The notes beneath the pieces are model-generated. The model was not told the origin of the DNA and did no database searches. It saw nothing but the letters and a program-made list of their open reading frames with translations. DNA of 64,000 nucleotides from Eimeria praecox (taxonomy: Eukaryota), in the NCBI GenBank assembly GCA_963920595.1, contig OY986948.1:4464001-4528000 (forward strand). The letters run 5' to 3'. The position numbers were made by a program, and so were the translations under genes. Every line of letters begins with the position of its first letter. Position 1 is the stretch's first letter. Below, in pieces: positions 1 through 12,850 of the stretch.

Positions 1-123
1 GTTTGTTGTAGTACCTCACAAATATATCTACGTAACGCTTCTACGAGTCCCGGGGTATGCAAGACATCCGCCATGTCAGGCTCACGTAACATAGCCCATG
101 CCTGCAGACATACAAATAATGCA

Positions 124-163
<40 letters not shown>

Positions 164-221
164 TATAAATAGCTAAGTATAAATAGCAATTTAAAATATA
201 TATATATAGAAACATAAAGAT

Positions 222-274
<53 letters not shown>

Positions 275-552
275 TGGGCTGCTGCTGCTGCTGTTGCTGC
301 TGCTGTTGCTGCTGCATAAACAGCAGCATATGACGTCAGCTTGTAAACAACAACATCGAGAACATAAACGAAGAGAGATATTAAATTCTACATTTATTTA
401 TTGTATTCTAAATTACATTTTCGAGCAAACTATGTATAAATATGCATGCATTTATATATATATTCTCGGCTCATGTATATCCCCGAAACAGCAACAAATA
501 ACAAAATCAACATAAACAAAACAAACAAACAAGGAAGCAGATCTACCGCTGC

Positions 553-586
<34 letters not shown>

Positions 587-1734
587 GGAATTGTATGGAT
601 AGAGCATTTATAATAGTAGTACGTATAATAAGATTAGGATTTAGGGTTTCTAGGGTTTAGGGTTTCTAGGGTTTAGGGTTTCTAGGGTTTAGGGTTTGTA
701 GGGTTTAGGGTTTCTAGGGTTTCGGGTTTCTAGGGTTTAGGGTTTGTAGGGTTTAGGGTTTCTAGGGTTTAGGGTTTCTAGGGTTTAGGGTTTGTAGGGT
801 TTAGGGTTTGTAGGGTTTAGGGTTTCTAGGGTTTAGGGTTTCTAGGGTTTAGGGTTTGTAGGGTTTAGGGTTTCTAGGGTTTAGGGTTTCTAGGGTTTAG
901 GGTTTCTAGGGTTTAGGGTTTCTAGGGTTTAGGGTTTCTAGGGTTTCGGGTTTCTAGGGTTTAGGGTTTCTAGGGTTTAGGGTTTCTAGGGTTTAGGGTT
1001 TCTAGGGTTTCGGGTTTCTAGGGTTTAGGGTTTCTAGGGTTTAGGGTTTCTAGGGTTTAGGGTTTCTAGGGTTTAGGGTTTCTAGGGTTTAGGGTTTCTA
1101 GGGTTTAGGGTTTCTAGGGTTTAGGGTTTCTAGGGTTTAGGGTTTCTAGGGTTTCGGGTTTCTAGGGTTTCGGGTTTCTAGGGTTTAGGGTTTCTAGGGT
1201 TTAGGGTTTCTAGGGTTTAGGGTTTCTAGGGTTTAGGGTTTCTAGGGTTTAGGGTTTCTAGGGTTTAGGGTTTCTAGGGTTTAGGGTTTCTAGGGTTTAG
1301 GGTTTCTAGGGTTTAGGGTTTCTAGGGTTTAGGGTTTGTAGGGTTTAGGGTTTAAGGGGTTTTCTTACAGCTTTGAAGTTACAAGCTTCAAGATATTCTT
1401 GTAGTGTTAGAATATCTTGTACACGTTTCTCATCTTCGGGTGAGGGGAAATGAGAAGGAGAAATACATGCATAATATCCAAATTGATTTTCTGGAAGAGC
1501 CACAATATTTTGTACTAATATTTTTCGTACAACTTCCGCATTTGCACATTGAGGATAAAGTAAATATAAACGTAATACAGCTGAACATAAATCAGGAGAA
1601 GCCCCACCAGATGCGATTCCTTTCTCAAGATGACTTATTAATAATTCTAAAGTACTTGGTAAATATATCATTTGATGAATATTTAATAAATCCTCCACAC
1701 CAAATTGTTCTAAACTTACAGATTGTTCTGCCAT
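1..1734 (-). CDS. eIF3K: Eukaryotic translation initiation factor 3 subunit K (5' part; gene runs off the window start)
   Basis: Exon 1 is 1734-1369 (MAEQSV...[34 protein letters not shown]...[12 protein letters not shown]) with a GTAAG donor. After a CAG acceptor, exon 2 starts at 101 in phase 0 ([33 protein letters not shown]). This matches the eIF3k pattern AVLKLYQFNP...LETCHFQAFW...VRKFICHV. Exon 2 may end at 15 (GAG|GTAC) or continue past base 1. Confidence 0.85.
640..1360. repeat. Interstitial telomere-like array with a 16-bp higher-order unit (TTTAGGG+TTTCTAGGG), about 44 units, inside eIF3K intron 1
   Basis: Alternating TTTAGGG and TTTCTAGGG, with TTTGTAGGG and TTTCGGG variants. Confidence 0.95.
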
Positions 1735-2504
1735 CGTCGGTGAACTTGAATAAGTGGAAACCTGATATTAATTCCTTAAATTTTGTACGATCAACCCGAA
1801 ATATAGAAATAAAATATAATTTTAATCCTATTTTTGAAAATTATTTTAATTTTCAATCATGAAAACAACCAAATTCAACGCCTACACCCGCACTTTGAGG
1901 ACCCCCCCCCCACACTGACTGTGTACTGCAGTCAGTGCAATTAAGAGCTCAACAGACAGCGATTATTTAATAATTTAAAACAATTTAATTCAAAATTGTT
2001 TTTGGTATTTCTTTTAAATCCCCCAGCCATAAAAAAACGCAGCCGAGAAGCTCTAATGCATGCATCCTTGCATGCCGAAAACCAGCAACAAGCGACATCA
2101 GCCCCATAAACAGAATCTCACTCTATCAATATTTACTACATTTTGTAATTTCTTTTGAATAATTAATTTATTTTTAATACAATTTAGTCATTTTAAGGCG
2201 TATTTGGGGGCTTACCGGCAGCATTCCCTCCATTCTGTACTTGTGTCTCGATGCACAACAGATAACGACATTTGAGAGAATTGTTGTTATTTCCACTCTA
2301 TTTTCTTTATCCTTCTAATCCATTTGGATGTATTTACTTGAATTGAGGCTGAAAATGAGGCTATTTGTTTGCTGTGCAACTGGGGTGTATATGCACCTCC
2401 ATCGCTGATCTGCTTCTTTCCACTCCTCGAGAAGCTGAAGGAAACCTCAAAAGAATACTTTTAAGAGATGAAGAAATCACTATACTTGTATTTATTTCTT
2501 TCAA

Positions 2505-3118
2505 ATGAGTTTGTTTTGTTTTGAATGCATGCATACATCTTCAGTTCTTCTTAGATTATTAGTGCGAAACTCAAGAGCTTCTCCGGCTTTCTATATTTTC
2601 TCTCGAAGTCATCATCAGCCTCTTTCTTCTTTCTCAGTAAATAAAATTAATTTAAAATGCAAACAAAGGAAAGAACAGTACAAAGAAATTATTTTAATAA
2701 AACCAGAAAATATTTCAACAGAATGTTCTTACATTCATGAGCAGAAAAAACAGAAAATAGAAGAGGCAGCTAAAGATGCGGGTGATACAGCAACAGCAGC
2801 AGCAGCAACAGCAGCAACAGCAGCGTCTAAAGCTGCTGTATCTGCTGCTGATTTTGATGCAGCAGCAGCAGCAGCAACAGCAGCAACAGCAGCGTTTAAA
2901 GCTGCTGTATCTGCTGCTGATTTTGATGCTGCAGCAGCAGCAGCAGCAGCAGCAGAATGGATGTATGAGGCGAAGCCAGGAGGGCCTCTTCACTTTCGAG
3001 AATACAAACGTCTGATGATGCTGGCGGCTGGTGGTGCAGCAGATAGTGCTGCTGCAGCAGATAGTGCTGCTGCTGCAGCAGAAGCTGCTGCTGCAGCAGA
3101 CGGTGTTGCTGCTTCTAG

Positions 3119-3150
<32 letters not shown>

Positions 3151-3536
3151 GCAGCAGCAGCAGAAGCAGAAGTTTTTATTTTTATGAAGAGGAGTCAAGA
3201 CGTTTGGGCTTCCCAATGATAAAGTTTGCTTCAGCGCAGCAGCAGCAGCAGCAGCAGCAGTGTGAGATTGGCGATCTCATACAATATCAATGTATGCAAG
3301 CAGCAGCAACATATGGTAATGCTTCTGAGAAGGCTCAGGTGTACGTACACCTCAATCATCCTACAGTAAGGAAACGAGTATACAGACGTGCTGATATGAA
3401 GTCATATTTATTCTTTCTCTCTTCTCATCTTCCTTCGCTCGAACTCAGAAAAATTATTAGAGGGTTTATTGAAGCTGCGGCACATCGTTTGAGCGAGCAG
3501 CAAATGATAGACCTACTACACCTCCTACAGCCTCCC

Positions 3537-3568
<32 letters not shown>

Positions 3569-3709
3569 ACAGCAGCAACAGCAACAGCAGGAGAAAGGAA
3601 AGTCTGAAGAAGCAAAAGAAACATGTACAGACGGAGGAGGCGACAGACGCTGTTGCTGGGGTTTCAAGGAGTTTAACAGCAGCAGCAACAGCAGCAACAG
3701 CAGCAGCAA

Positions 3710-3741
<32 letters not shown>

Positions 3742-3941
3742 GCAGCAACAGCAGCAGCAGCAGCAGCAGCAGGTGCTGCTGCTGCGAAGGGTCTAGAGAG
3801 GCGTGTCTTGCGAGTTTGCTCTCAGGTGTTAACATAATTTTGCCTGAGTGTCTACGTCAGAGCTCGTTAATAAAACAATTATTAATATATTTGAATCCTA
3901 AGCATCCTCTTCTCTCTCAGCTTCATCATCATAAATTATAA
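2505..3941 (+). CDS. Hypothetical protein (478 aa), low complexity, possible mitochondrial presequence
   Basis: Long ORF whose repeats read as poly-A/S/Q, with non-repetitive blocks (YEAKPGGPLHFREYKRL; HPTVRKRVYRRADMKSYLFFLSSHLP). The N-terminus is rich in R/S/L. No family recognised; start codon uncertain. Confidence 0.6.
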
Positions 3942-4197
3942 ATACTATATACAGACACACAGCTAATATACAGGTGTACAGACACTACAAACAAAACAAC
4001 TAACACAACCTGCTGCAAGAACAGCAGCAGCAGCAGCAGCAGCACATACAGCAGCAGCAGCAGCAGCACATACAGCAACAGCAGCAGCAGCACATACAGC
4101 AGCAGCAGCACCTGTCTTTATTTTCCTAGTTCTTTCTAGACGATAGAAACAACAGAAAAAAACTCAAATCATACTGAAACCCTCTTAGTCCCCCCCC

Positions 4198-4295
4198 TCT
4201 AGCTAGCTAGCTAGCTAGCCAGCTAGCCAGCTAGCTAGCGAGCTAGCCATCGAGCCAGCTAGCTAGCTAATAATCGAGCTAGCTACCTAGCTAGC
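4198..4295. repeat. Degenerate (AGCT)n self-complementary tetranucleotide tract
   Basis: tagctagctagctagctagccagctagccagctagc... seen directly. Confidence 0.85.
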
Positions 4296-4660
4296 CACAT
4301 ATTAGTAGGTTGAGTCATAGGTGAGCTCACGAGCAGAGAATTACTGCTTGCTGCAACTGCTGCTGCTGCGGTTGTTGTTGCTGCAGCTGCTGCTGCAGCA
4401 GCAGCAGCTGCTGCTGCTGCAGCGGCAGCAGCAGGCCCTTTTTTTTATGTATCGGGTATAATATATTTGCTAAGCAAATCGTAAAGCAACATTTATCTAC
4501 TCGTTTATATATTTATATATTTATTTATTTTATTTATTTTGTTTATTTTATTTATTTACTTATTTAGTTTACTTATTTTACTTATATTATACTAATCCGT
4601 ACAAACTACATTTCTATACAAATATCAAATGCTGCGACTCTCTCACCCTCCATGACACCT

Positions 4661-4695
<35 letters not shown>

Positions 4696-5029
4696 ACAGC
4701 AGCAGCAGCAACAGCAACAGCAGCAGCAGCAACCAGCACAACTGTTTCTTCTCTGTCTCTGTCACTTAAGCAAACAACGAGACGAGCAGAATATACAGAA
4801 AAAACACAAAAACCAAAGCAATATATTTCTAATCGCAGCCCTACTCAGGCTTCTCCTCCCTCCAGGCTGCAGCTGTTGTTGATGCTGCTGCTGCTGCTGC
4901 TGCTGCTGCAGTAGCTCTTGCTGCAGCTGCTGCTACTGCAGCAGCTGCTGCTGTTTCGTTCGTCATACATCGCATATCCAAGGCTCTGAGGTGTCTATAC
5001 ACCTCAGTCCTCTGTCTGCTGCTTTACCT

Positions 5030-5622
<593 letters not shown>

Positions 5623-5779
5623 GGAATATATAAACGAGCAGTAGATAAGTACATAACAATCAAACATAGAAGAAGCACAAATTTTCTTCTCTAATAATCT
5701 AAGAATAATAACAAACAAACTCTGCAGACATTGCAGATATCTTCTTAACATGCATGCGCCACACAAATTCAACAAAATC

Positions 5780-5835
<56 letters not shown>

Positions 5836-6073
5836 GTGTACAGACAGCCTTGCATGCATGTATGTATGGATGTATGTATTTATTAGAATAAATAAATATA
5901 AACAAACAAACAAACAAACAAACAAACAAACAAACACGCATAGACTGTGAATAGGTAAAGGAGCTTCAGTCTTGATGCTGTTGCTGCTGCTGCTGCTGCT
6001 GCCGCTGCTGCTGCTGCCGCTGCTGCTGCTGCTGCTGCTGCTGCTGCATCAGGCTCTAGTTCAACACGCTGTA

Positions 6074-6112
6074 TCAGCAAACAGTATTTACAGGTGTTGC
6101 TGCCTTATCTTG

Positions 6113-6144
<32 letters not shown>

Positions 6145-6210
6145 GAGATATACCTTCTCTTCCACCAAGCTGCAGCGGCAGCAGCTGCAGCAGCTGGTGT
6201 GGCTGTTGTA

Positions 6211-6262
<52 letters not shown>

Positions 6263-6356
6263 GGTTGTATCAAGATCTTCTGTGCTGTTTTGTTTGTTGT
6301 AGAGAAGAGAATTGAAGGCAGCAAACGGCAGCTGCAGCATCGTCCCTATATCGAGT

Positions 6357-6395
<39 letters not shown>

Positions 6396-6556
6396 TGCTG
6401 TTGTACATATGCAGCATTCTCTAATTTAGTTTGTATCTTCTGTTTAATTAAATGCATATATTTATCTGTATAGTCAACACCATCAGCCATCAACACCAAA
6501 CCCTCTTGCAGTAAAACAACTTTTGAAAATAATGTCTGCAGCAACAACAGCAGCAG

Positions 6557-6594
<38 letters not shown>

Positions 6595-6885
6595 ACAGAA
6601 GCACAACACAGGAAGCAAGATGATAGCAAAGCCAATATCAGAAACAACAATAACAAGAGACAGCAGCAGCAGCAGCAACAGCACAAAGAGCTACCGCAAC
6701 AGAAAAGCAGCACCAGCAGCAACAGCAATAACAGCAGCAGCAGCAACAGCAGCAATAATAATAGCAGCAGCATTAGCAGCAGCACCGCCACCAATATAAA
6801 CAACAACACCAACAACAACACCACCACCACCACCAACAGCAACAGCAGCAACAGCATCATCATCATTTCTTCTTGTATCTGTATA

Positions 6886-6930
<45 letters not shown>

Positions 6931-7153
6931 AACTAACCGTCGCTATCCTTCCTTGTCTTCCCTCCGTGAGTATAACTCCATTAACAGATCTAAAGAAGGC
7001 AATGCCTTCTTTAATTGCTTTATCGAGGTGTATATACACTACAACTTCGCTGTCTCGACGCATTCCGCTCAACACAGAAGACTCACCAGGAAGACCGGTA
7101 GCAAAGTCTGAGAGAAACAGAGACAGAGAAGAGAGAGAAGAGATAAGAGAGAG

Positions 7154-7191
<38 letters not shown>

Positions 7192-7271
7192 AGAGGGAAG
7201 AGAGAGAGAGAGAGACAGAGAGGAGAGAGAGAGGGAGGGAGAGAGAGAGAGAGAGACAGAGAGGAGAGAGA

Positions 7272-7333
<62 letters not shown>

Positions 7334-7342
7334 AGAGAGAAC

Positions 7343-7392
<50 letters not shown>

Positions 7393-7394
7393 AC

Positions 7395-7444
<50 letters not shown>

Positions 7445-8055
7445 AGAGAGGAGAGAGAGATAATACAAAATATATATTTGTGTGTTTGTTGTTTTTCTTC
7501 TTCAGTTATTTTATATTTATTCCACTTGTTTTTATATCTACTATCTATCTCGTCTATTTTATTTATTTTATTTTATTTATTTTATTTTATTTTATTTATT
7601 TATTTTATTTTATTTTGTTTATTTAACTAATACAAATACAGATGAATGAGTCTGAAGCAATAAGCACTTATCTCCCTTAGTATGTCATATTGTGCTGCTG
7701 CTCCTGCTGCTGCTGCTGCTGTGCTGCTGCTGCTGCTGCTGCTGTGTTGCTGCTGCTGCTGCTGCTGTGCTGCTGCTTCTCAAACTTTGTGCTGCTTCTA
7801 CTCCACCTAGATCTGCTGCTGCTCTTCGTGCTGCTGCTGCTGCTGCTCTTCGTGCTGCTGCCGCTGCTGTTTCTCCTACTGAACTGTCATTACGAGCTAT
7901 TACTATTACTGCTGCTGCTGCTGCTGCTGCTCCTGCTGCTGCTGCTGCTGCTAGTGATGCTGTTCTTGTTGCTGTTGCTGGTGGCTATGTAGCCCCTGCA
8001 GCTGCCGTTGCTGCAGCTGCTGCTGCTCTATGAAGAACTACCTTAGTAATTATTA

Positions 8056-8094
<39 letters not shown>

Positions 8095-8611
8095 ATTATT
8101 ATTATTATTATTATTTATTATTATTATTATTATTATTAATTAAAATATTAAAACCTAAACATATACTAGCAGCAGCAGCAGCAGCAACATAATCAGCAGC
8201 AGCAGCAGCAGCAATATCAACAGCAGCAGCAATATCAGCATTAGCAACAGCAGCACTCTGAGCAGCAGCAGCAACAGCAACACGAGCACCAGCTTCAGCA
8301 ACACAACCAGCAGCAGCAGCAGCAGCAACACAACACGCAGCACCAGCAGCAGCAGCAACACGAGCAGCAGCAGCAGCAACACAACCAGCAACACAACCAG
8401 CACCACCAGCAGCAACACAACCAGCAGCAACACGAGCAGCAGCAACACAACCATCAGCACCAGCACCAGCAGCACCACCACCACCAGCAGCAGCAGCAAC
8501 ACGAGCAGCACCAGCAGCAGCAACACAACCATCAGCACCAGCACCACCACCACCACCAGCAGCAGCAGCACCACGAGCATCAGCAGCATCAGCAACACGA
8601 GCAGCAGCACC

Positions 8612-8642
<31 letters not shown>

Positions 8643-8911
8643 GCAGCAGCAGCAGCAGCATCCTCCTCCTCCTCCTCCTCCTCCCCCTGCATCTTACGAA
8701 TATGTATTCTATTCATTCTGTACAATCCCATGTGTCTGATGAAGAGCCAATTATACAAGTAAGTCCCGTGGACGCACACAGGCAAATCTGCTGCCGAATC
8801 AACACGAACCAGAAACAACTCGCTGCAGCAGCAACAGCAGCAGCAACAGCAGCAACAGCAGCAGCAGCAGAAAGAAAGAAAGAAATAGCAGCAGCAGAAG
8901 AAGAAGAAAGA

Positions 8912-8948
<37 letters not shown>

Positions 8949-9116
8949 AGAAAGAAAGAGCAGCGGCAGCAGCAGCAGCAGCAGAAAGCACAGAGAAACA
9001 GAAGTAAACAAACAACAACATATACATACACCCCATGCCACTCTCCTCCTCTAACATGCAGCACCTGCTGCTGCTGCTGCTGCTGCTCTGAAATGCTACT
9101 GTGCTGCTGCTGCTAC

Positions 9117-9157
<41 letters not shown>

Positions 9158-9367
9158 GAAATGCTACTGTGCTGCTGCTGCTACTGTGCTGCTGCTGCTG
9201 CTGCTGCTGCTGCTGTGCTGCTGCTGCTGCTGCAGCAGCAGCAGCAGCAGCAATTGATGTTAATAGTATACCTGCGTATGTAAGGAATTGTGTGTCCTTG
9301 CGTAGCTCTCAGCAGCCATTTACCGCTCATCCTCTCCACCTTCTTTGCTGCTGCTGCTGCTGCTGCT

Positions 9368-9404
<37 letters not shown>

Positions 9405-9657
9405 CTGCTGCTGGATCGTCGTTTGAAGGTGTGCAATGAGCAAAGTTGTGCAAGCAGGTCTCCCCGCTGCTGCTGCTGCTGCTGCTGCTGTTGCTGCTGC
9501 TGCAGCTGCAGGACGTTTCTCCTCCTCCAGCAGCAGCAGCAGCAGCAGCAGCTGCTGCTGCTGCTGCTGCTTCTATTTGCTGCAGGTGTTTCGGACTATC
9601 CTTATCTGCTGCAACGCCACAGCAACAATCATCAGACAGCTCCTCTGCACTGCAGTG

Positions 9658-9724
<67 letters not shown>

Positions 9725-10785
9725 TGCTGCTGCTGTTTTTCCTCTGCGATGAGTGCTGGACAGGTTTCTATCTCTGTCTCGTCATACACTAATTCGTATC
9801 GTTGTTTGTAGTTGCCTTCTACAGCCTAACACAGCAGCAGCAACAGCAACAGCAGCAGCAGCAGCAAAGTGATAATAAGGCTACAGCGAACAGCAGCAGC
9901 AGCAGCAGCAGCAGTTGCTGCTGCTGCAGCAATATCGAGCACCCCATTCATCGCAAGCAACGACGACAGCAGCAAGACACCCCCAAGCCCAGCAGCAGCA
10001 GCAGCAGCATATCAGCAGCAGCAGCAGCAGCACATCTGCAGCAACAGCAGCAGCAGCACCTCCCGCGTCATCAGCAGCCTCAGCAGCAGCACACCAGCAA
10101 TATCATAATTATCAACAGCAGCAGCAGCAGCAGCAATAGCATCATCATCATCAGCAGCAGCAGCAATAGCATCATAATCAGCAGCAGCCGCAGCAACAGC
10201 AACAGCAGCAGCAGCAACAGCAGCAACAGCAGCAACAGCATCAGTAACAACATCAACACCAGCACCAGCAACACCAGCAGCACCAGCAGCAGCACCACCA
10301 GCACCACCACCACCAGCAGCAACACCACCACCACCACCGCCACCACCACCAGCACCACCAGCACCAGCAGCAGCAGCAGCAGCAGCAACAGCAGGAGCAG
10401 CAGCTAACCTCCTTAAGGTCTGTCCATGTAACAGCTCGCATGCATGGTATAAGCATCAGATCTCTGACTCTGACGAAGCCATCTTCCCTCATAAATAAAT
10501 TAAACAGAGATACGCCATGACGCAGAATAAAATTGAGTTGCTTCACTAACGCGTAAGAACCGCACACACGACAGCACACCGTCCTGCTGCTGATGCTGCT
10601 GTTGCTGCTGTTGCTGTTGCTGCTGCTGCTGTTGGGGATGATGCTGCTGCTGATGTTGGGGATCATGCTGCTGTTGGTGATGCTGTTGCTGCTGTTGCTG
10701 CTGATGCTGTTGCTGCTGCTACTGCTCTTATTCCATACACCGTCGCAGCATACAGCGCCTTCCTGCTGTTGTGCTGACAACATTC

Positions 10786-10821
<36 letters not shown>

Positions 10822-10915
10822 CTGCTGCTGGTGCTGCTGCTGCTGGTGCTGATGATGATGATGCTACTGCATTGGTGGAGGTGCGACAACAGCCCCCATG
10901 ACTGTCAGGTGCTGC

Positions 10916-10953
<38 letters not shown>

Positions 10954-11147
10954 CATCTCGTGCTGCTGCTGGTGTAGCTGTCTCCCTTCTCATATTTAAA
11001 AAGTGACCTTCAGCACAGCTTGCTGCTGCTGTTGCTGCTGCTGCTGCTGTTGCTGCTGTTGCTGCTGTTGCTGCTGCTGGCTCGCTGCTGGAAGCATCAC
11101 ACAAATCGTGCTGCTGCAGATGAGGAGGCTCGACAAGTCCGCCTCTG

Positions 11148-11181
<34 letters not shown>

Positions 11182-11386
11182 AGCAAGCCCTCAGTATGCA
11201 GCCACTGCACGCACAGCACCTGAATCGTCTGCTGCTGCTGGTGCTGCTGCTGCAGCAGCAGCTGCTGCCGCTACGAAGACCCCGAAGCAGCAGCTGCTGC
11301 TGCAGCATATCAACATGAGCAGCAGCTGCTGCTGTCTGTGCTACGTCAGCAGCAGGGTTTGCTGCAACCGCATCGGCAGCAGCAGC

Positions 11387-11417
<31 letters not shown>

Positions 11418-11494
11418 ACTGCAGCACCACCGCCTTCAGCAGCAGCAGTGCATGCATGCATACTCGCTTCCGAGGTCCTCCTCACCTGTCGGTT

Positions 11495-11527
<33 letters not shown>

Positions 11528-11619
11528 TTGTTCAATCGTCTTTGCGTCGGTACAGCTGATGCGCCTAAGCCCTCCATTCCTGCTGCTGCTGCTGTTGCTG
11601 CTGTTGCTGCTGCTGCTGT

Positions 11620-11655
<36 letters not shown>

Positions 11656-11737
11656 CTTTGCAGCAGCTTCTCATAGACAAGCCCTGCACTCGGACTGTAG
11701 CTCCTAAGACAGATACGGGTGCTGCAGACGGTGCTGC

Positions 11738-11775
<38 letters not shown>

Positions 11776-11904
11776 TTGCTGCTGTCACTTCAGCAGCACG
11801 ACATCTTTGTGTCGCTGTTCCCTCTGCAGCAGCAGAAGATGCTTCGTAGCCGCTGCTGGTTTCACCGCGGCTTGCTGCTGCTGCTGCTGCTGCAGCAGCA
11901 GCAT

Positions 11905-11935
<31 letters not shown>

Positions 11936-12173
11936 ACTGTGAATACTACACATACCTGCTGATATGGCCCCAGCCTGTTTGATGGAGTGTCTGCATGCTT
12001 GATAACTTGAAGGGTGCTGCTGCTGCTGCTGCTGCTGCTGCTGCAGCCTCGATGAGGCGAAGCAGCTGCTGCTGCAACAGCAGCGAGCAGCCTCCTTCTG
12101 TAATCGCTGCAGCAAATGCTTTGGTGGTGGCTGCAGCATCCACCGAAGACGTTGCTTGGGCTTCTGCTGCTGC

Positions 12174-12212
<39 letters not shown>

Positions 12213-12250
12213 AATGGCGCACACCCGCGTCCCTGCTCCTGCTGCTCCTG

Positions 12251-12284
<34 letters not shown>

Positions 12285-12743
12285 GCAGGCAGCAGCTGCT
12301 GCTTGTTTGTTCCTTGCGCAGTGCTGCTGCTGCTGCTGCTGTCTACCGGCGGGCTTCTGTTGCTGCTACTTCTGTTGTCGTCTTTTATGCTGTTAATGCT
12401 GCTGCTGTTGCTGCTGCTGTTGCTGCTGCTGCTGTTGCTGCTGCTGCTTTCCAGCTCTTGCAGATCGACAGCATCTGCTGCGCTGCTGCTGCTGCTGCAG
12501 TCAGCGCGGGTTATGTGGAGTGTATGGACACCTGCAAGTTCATTCTTGGGTTCCTCATCTAATGCTGCAGCTGCTGCTGCAGCAGCAGCAGCAGCTGCTG
12601 CTGCAGCAGCAGCAGATACAGCTGTTGCTGCATCACCGCATCCCCATCGTTTTAGTGAGGAGTGGTTTTGCTGTTGGCTGTGGTACTGCTGCTGCTGCTG
12701 CAGCTGCTGCTGCAGCTGTGTGAGCAACCGACTGTCGAACGGA

Positions 12744-12777
<34 letters not shown>

Positions 12778-12850
12778 TTTGCTGTTGCTGCTGCTGCGGG
12801 CTTTCGGAGGATGAGGTGTCCGTACACCTGAAGGACGAGGATTCATCCAT
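6074..12850 (-). CDS. TPT1: RNA 2'-phosphotransferase, Tpt1/KptA family (about 1250 aa, 5 exons, large low-complexity extensions)
   Basis: Exons 12850-10409, 9825-9272, 8822-8698, 7107-6938 and 6535-6074 are all GT-AG and phase-consistent (3753 nt). Spliced motifs: LNFILRHG...DGFVRVRDL; AVEGNYKQRYEL; LLRATQGHTI; CVHGTY; RMNRIHIHFATG; SGMRRDSEV; FFRSVNGVILTEG. The true start and last exon are less certain. Confidence 0.9.
7109..7460. repeat. About 350-bp (GA)n-rich purine tract (a pyrimidine tract on the Tpt1 sense strand, abutting the exon 4 acceptor)
   Basis: Almost pure A/G on the + strand, ending at the acceptor before 7107. Confidence 0.9.

Noticed and set aside
640..1360. True telomere or CRISPR-like array
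   Set aside because: It lies inside a phase-consistent intron, has no unique spacers, and the genome is eukaryotic.
1404..1862. 152-aa plus-strand ORF
   Set aside because: Antisense shadow of eIF3K exon 1 with a non-ATG start.
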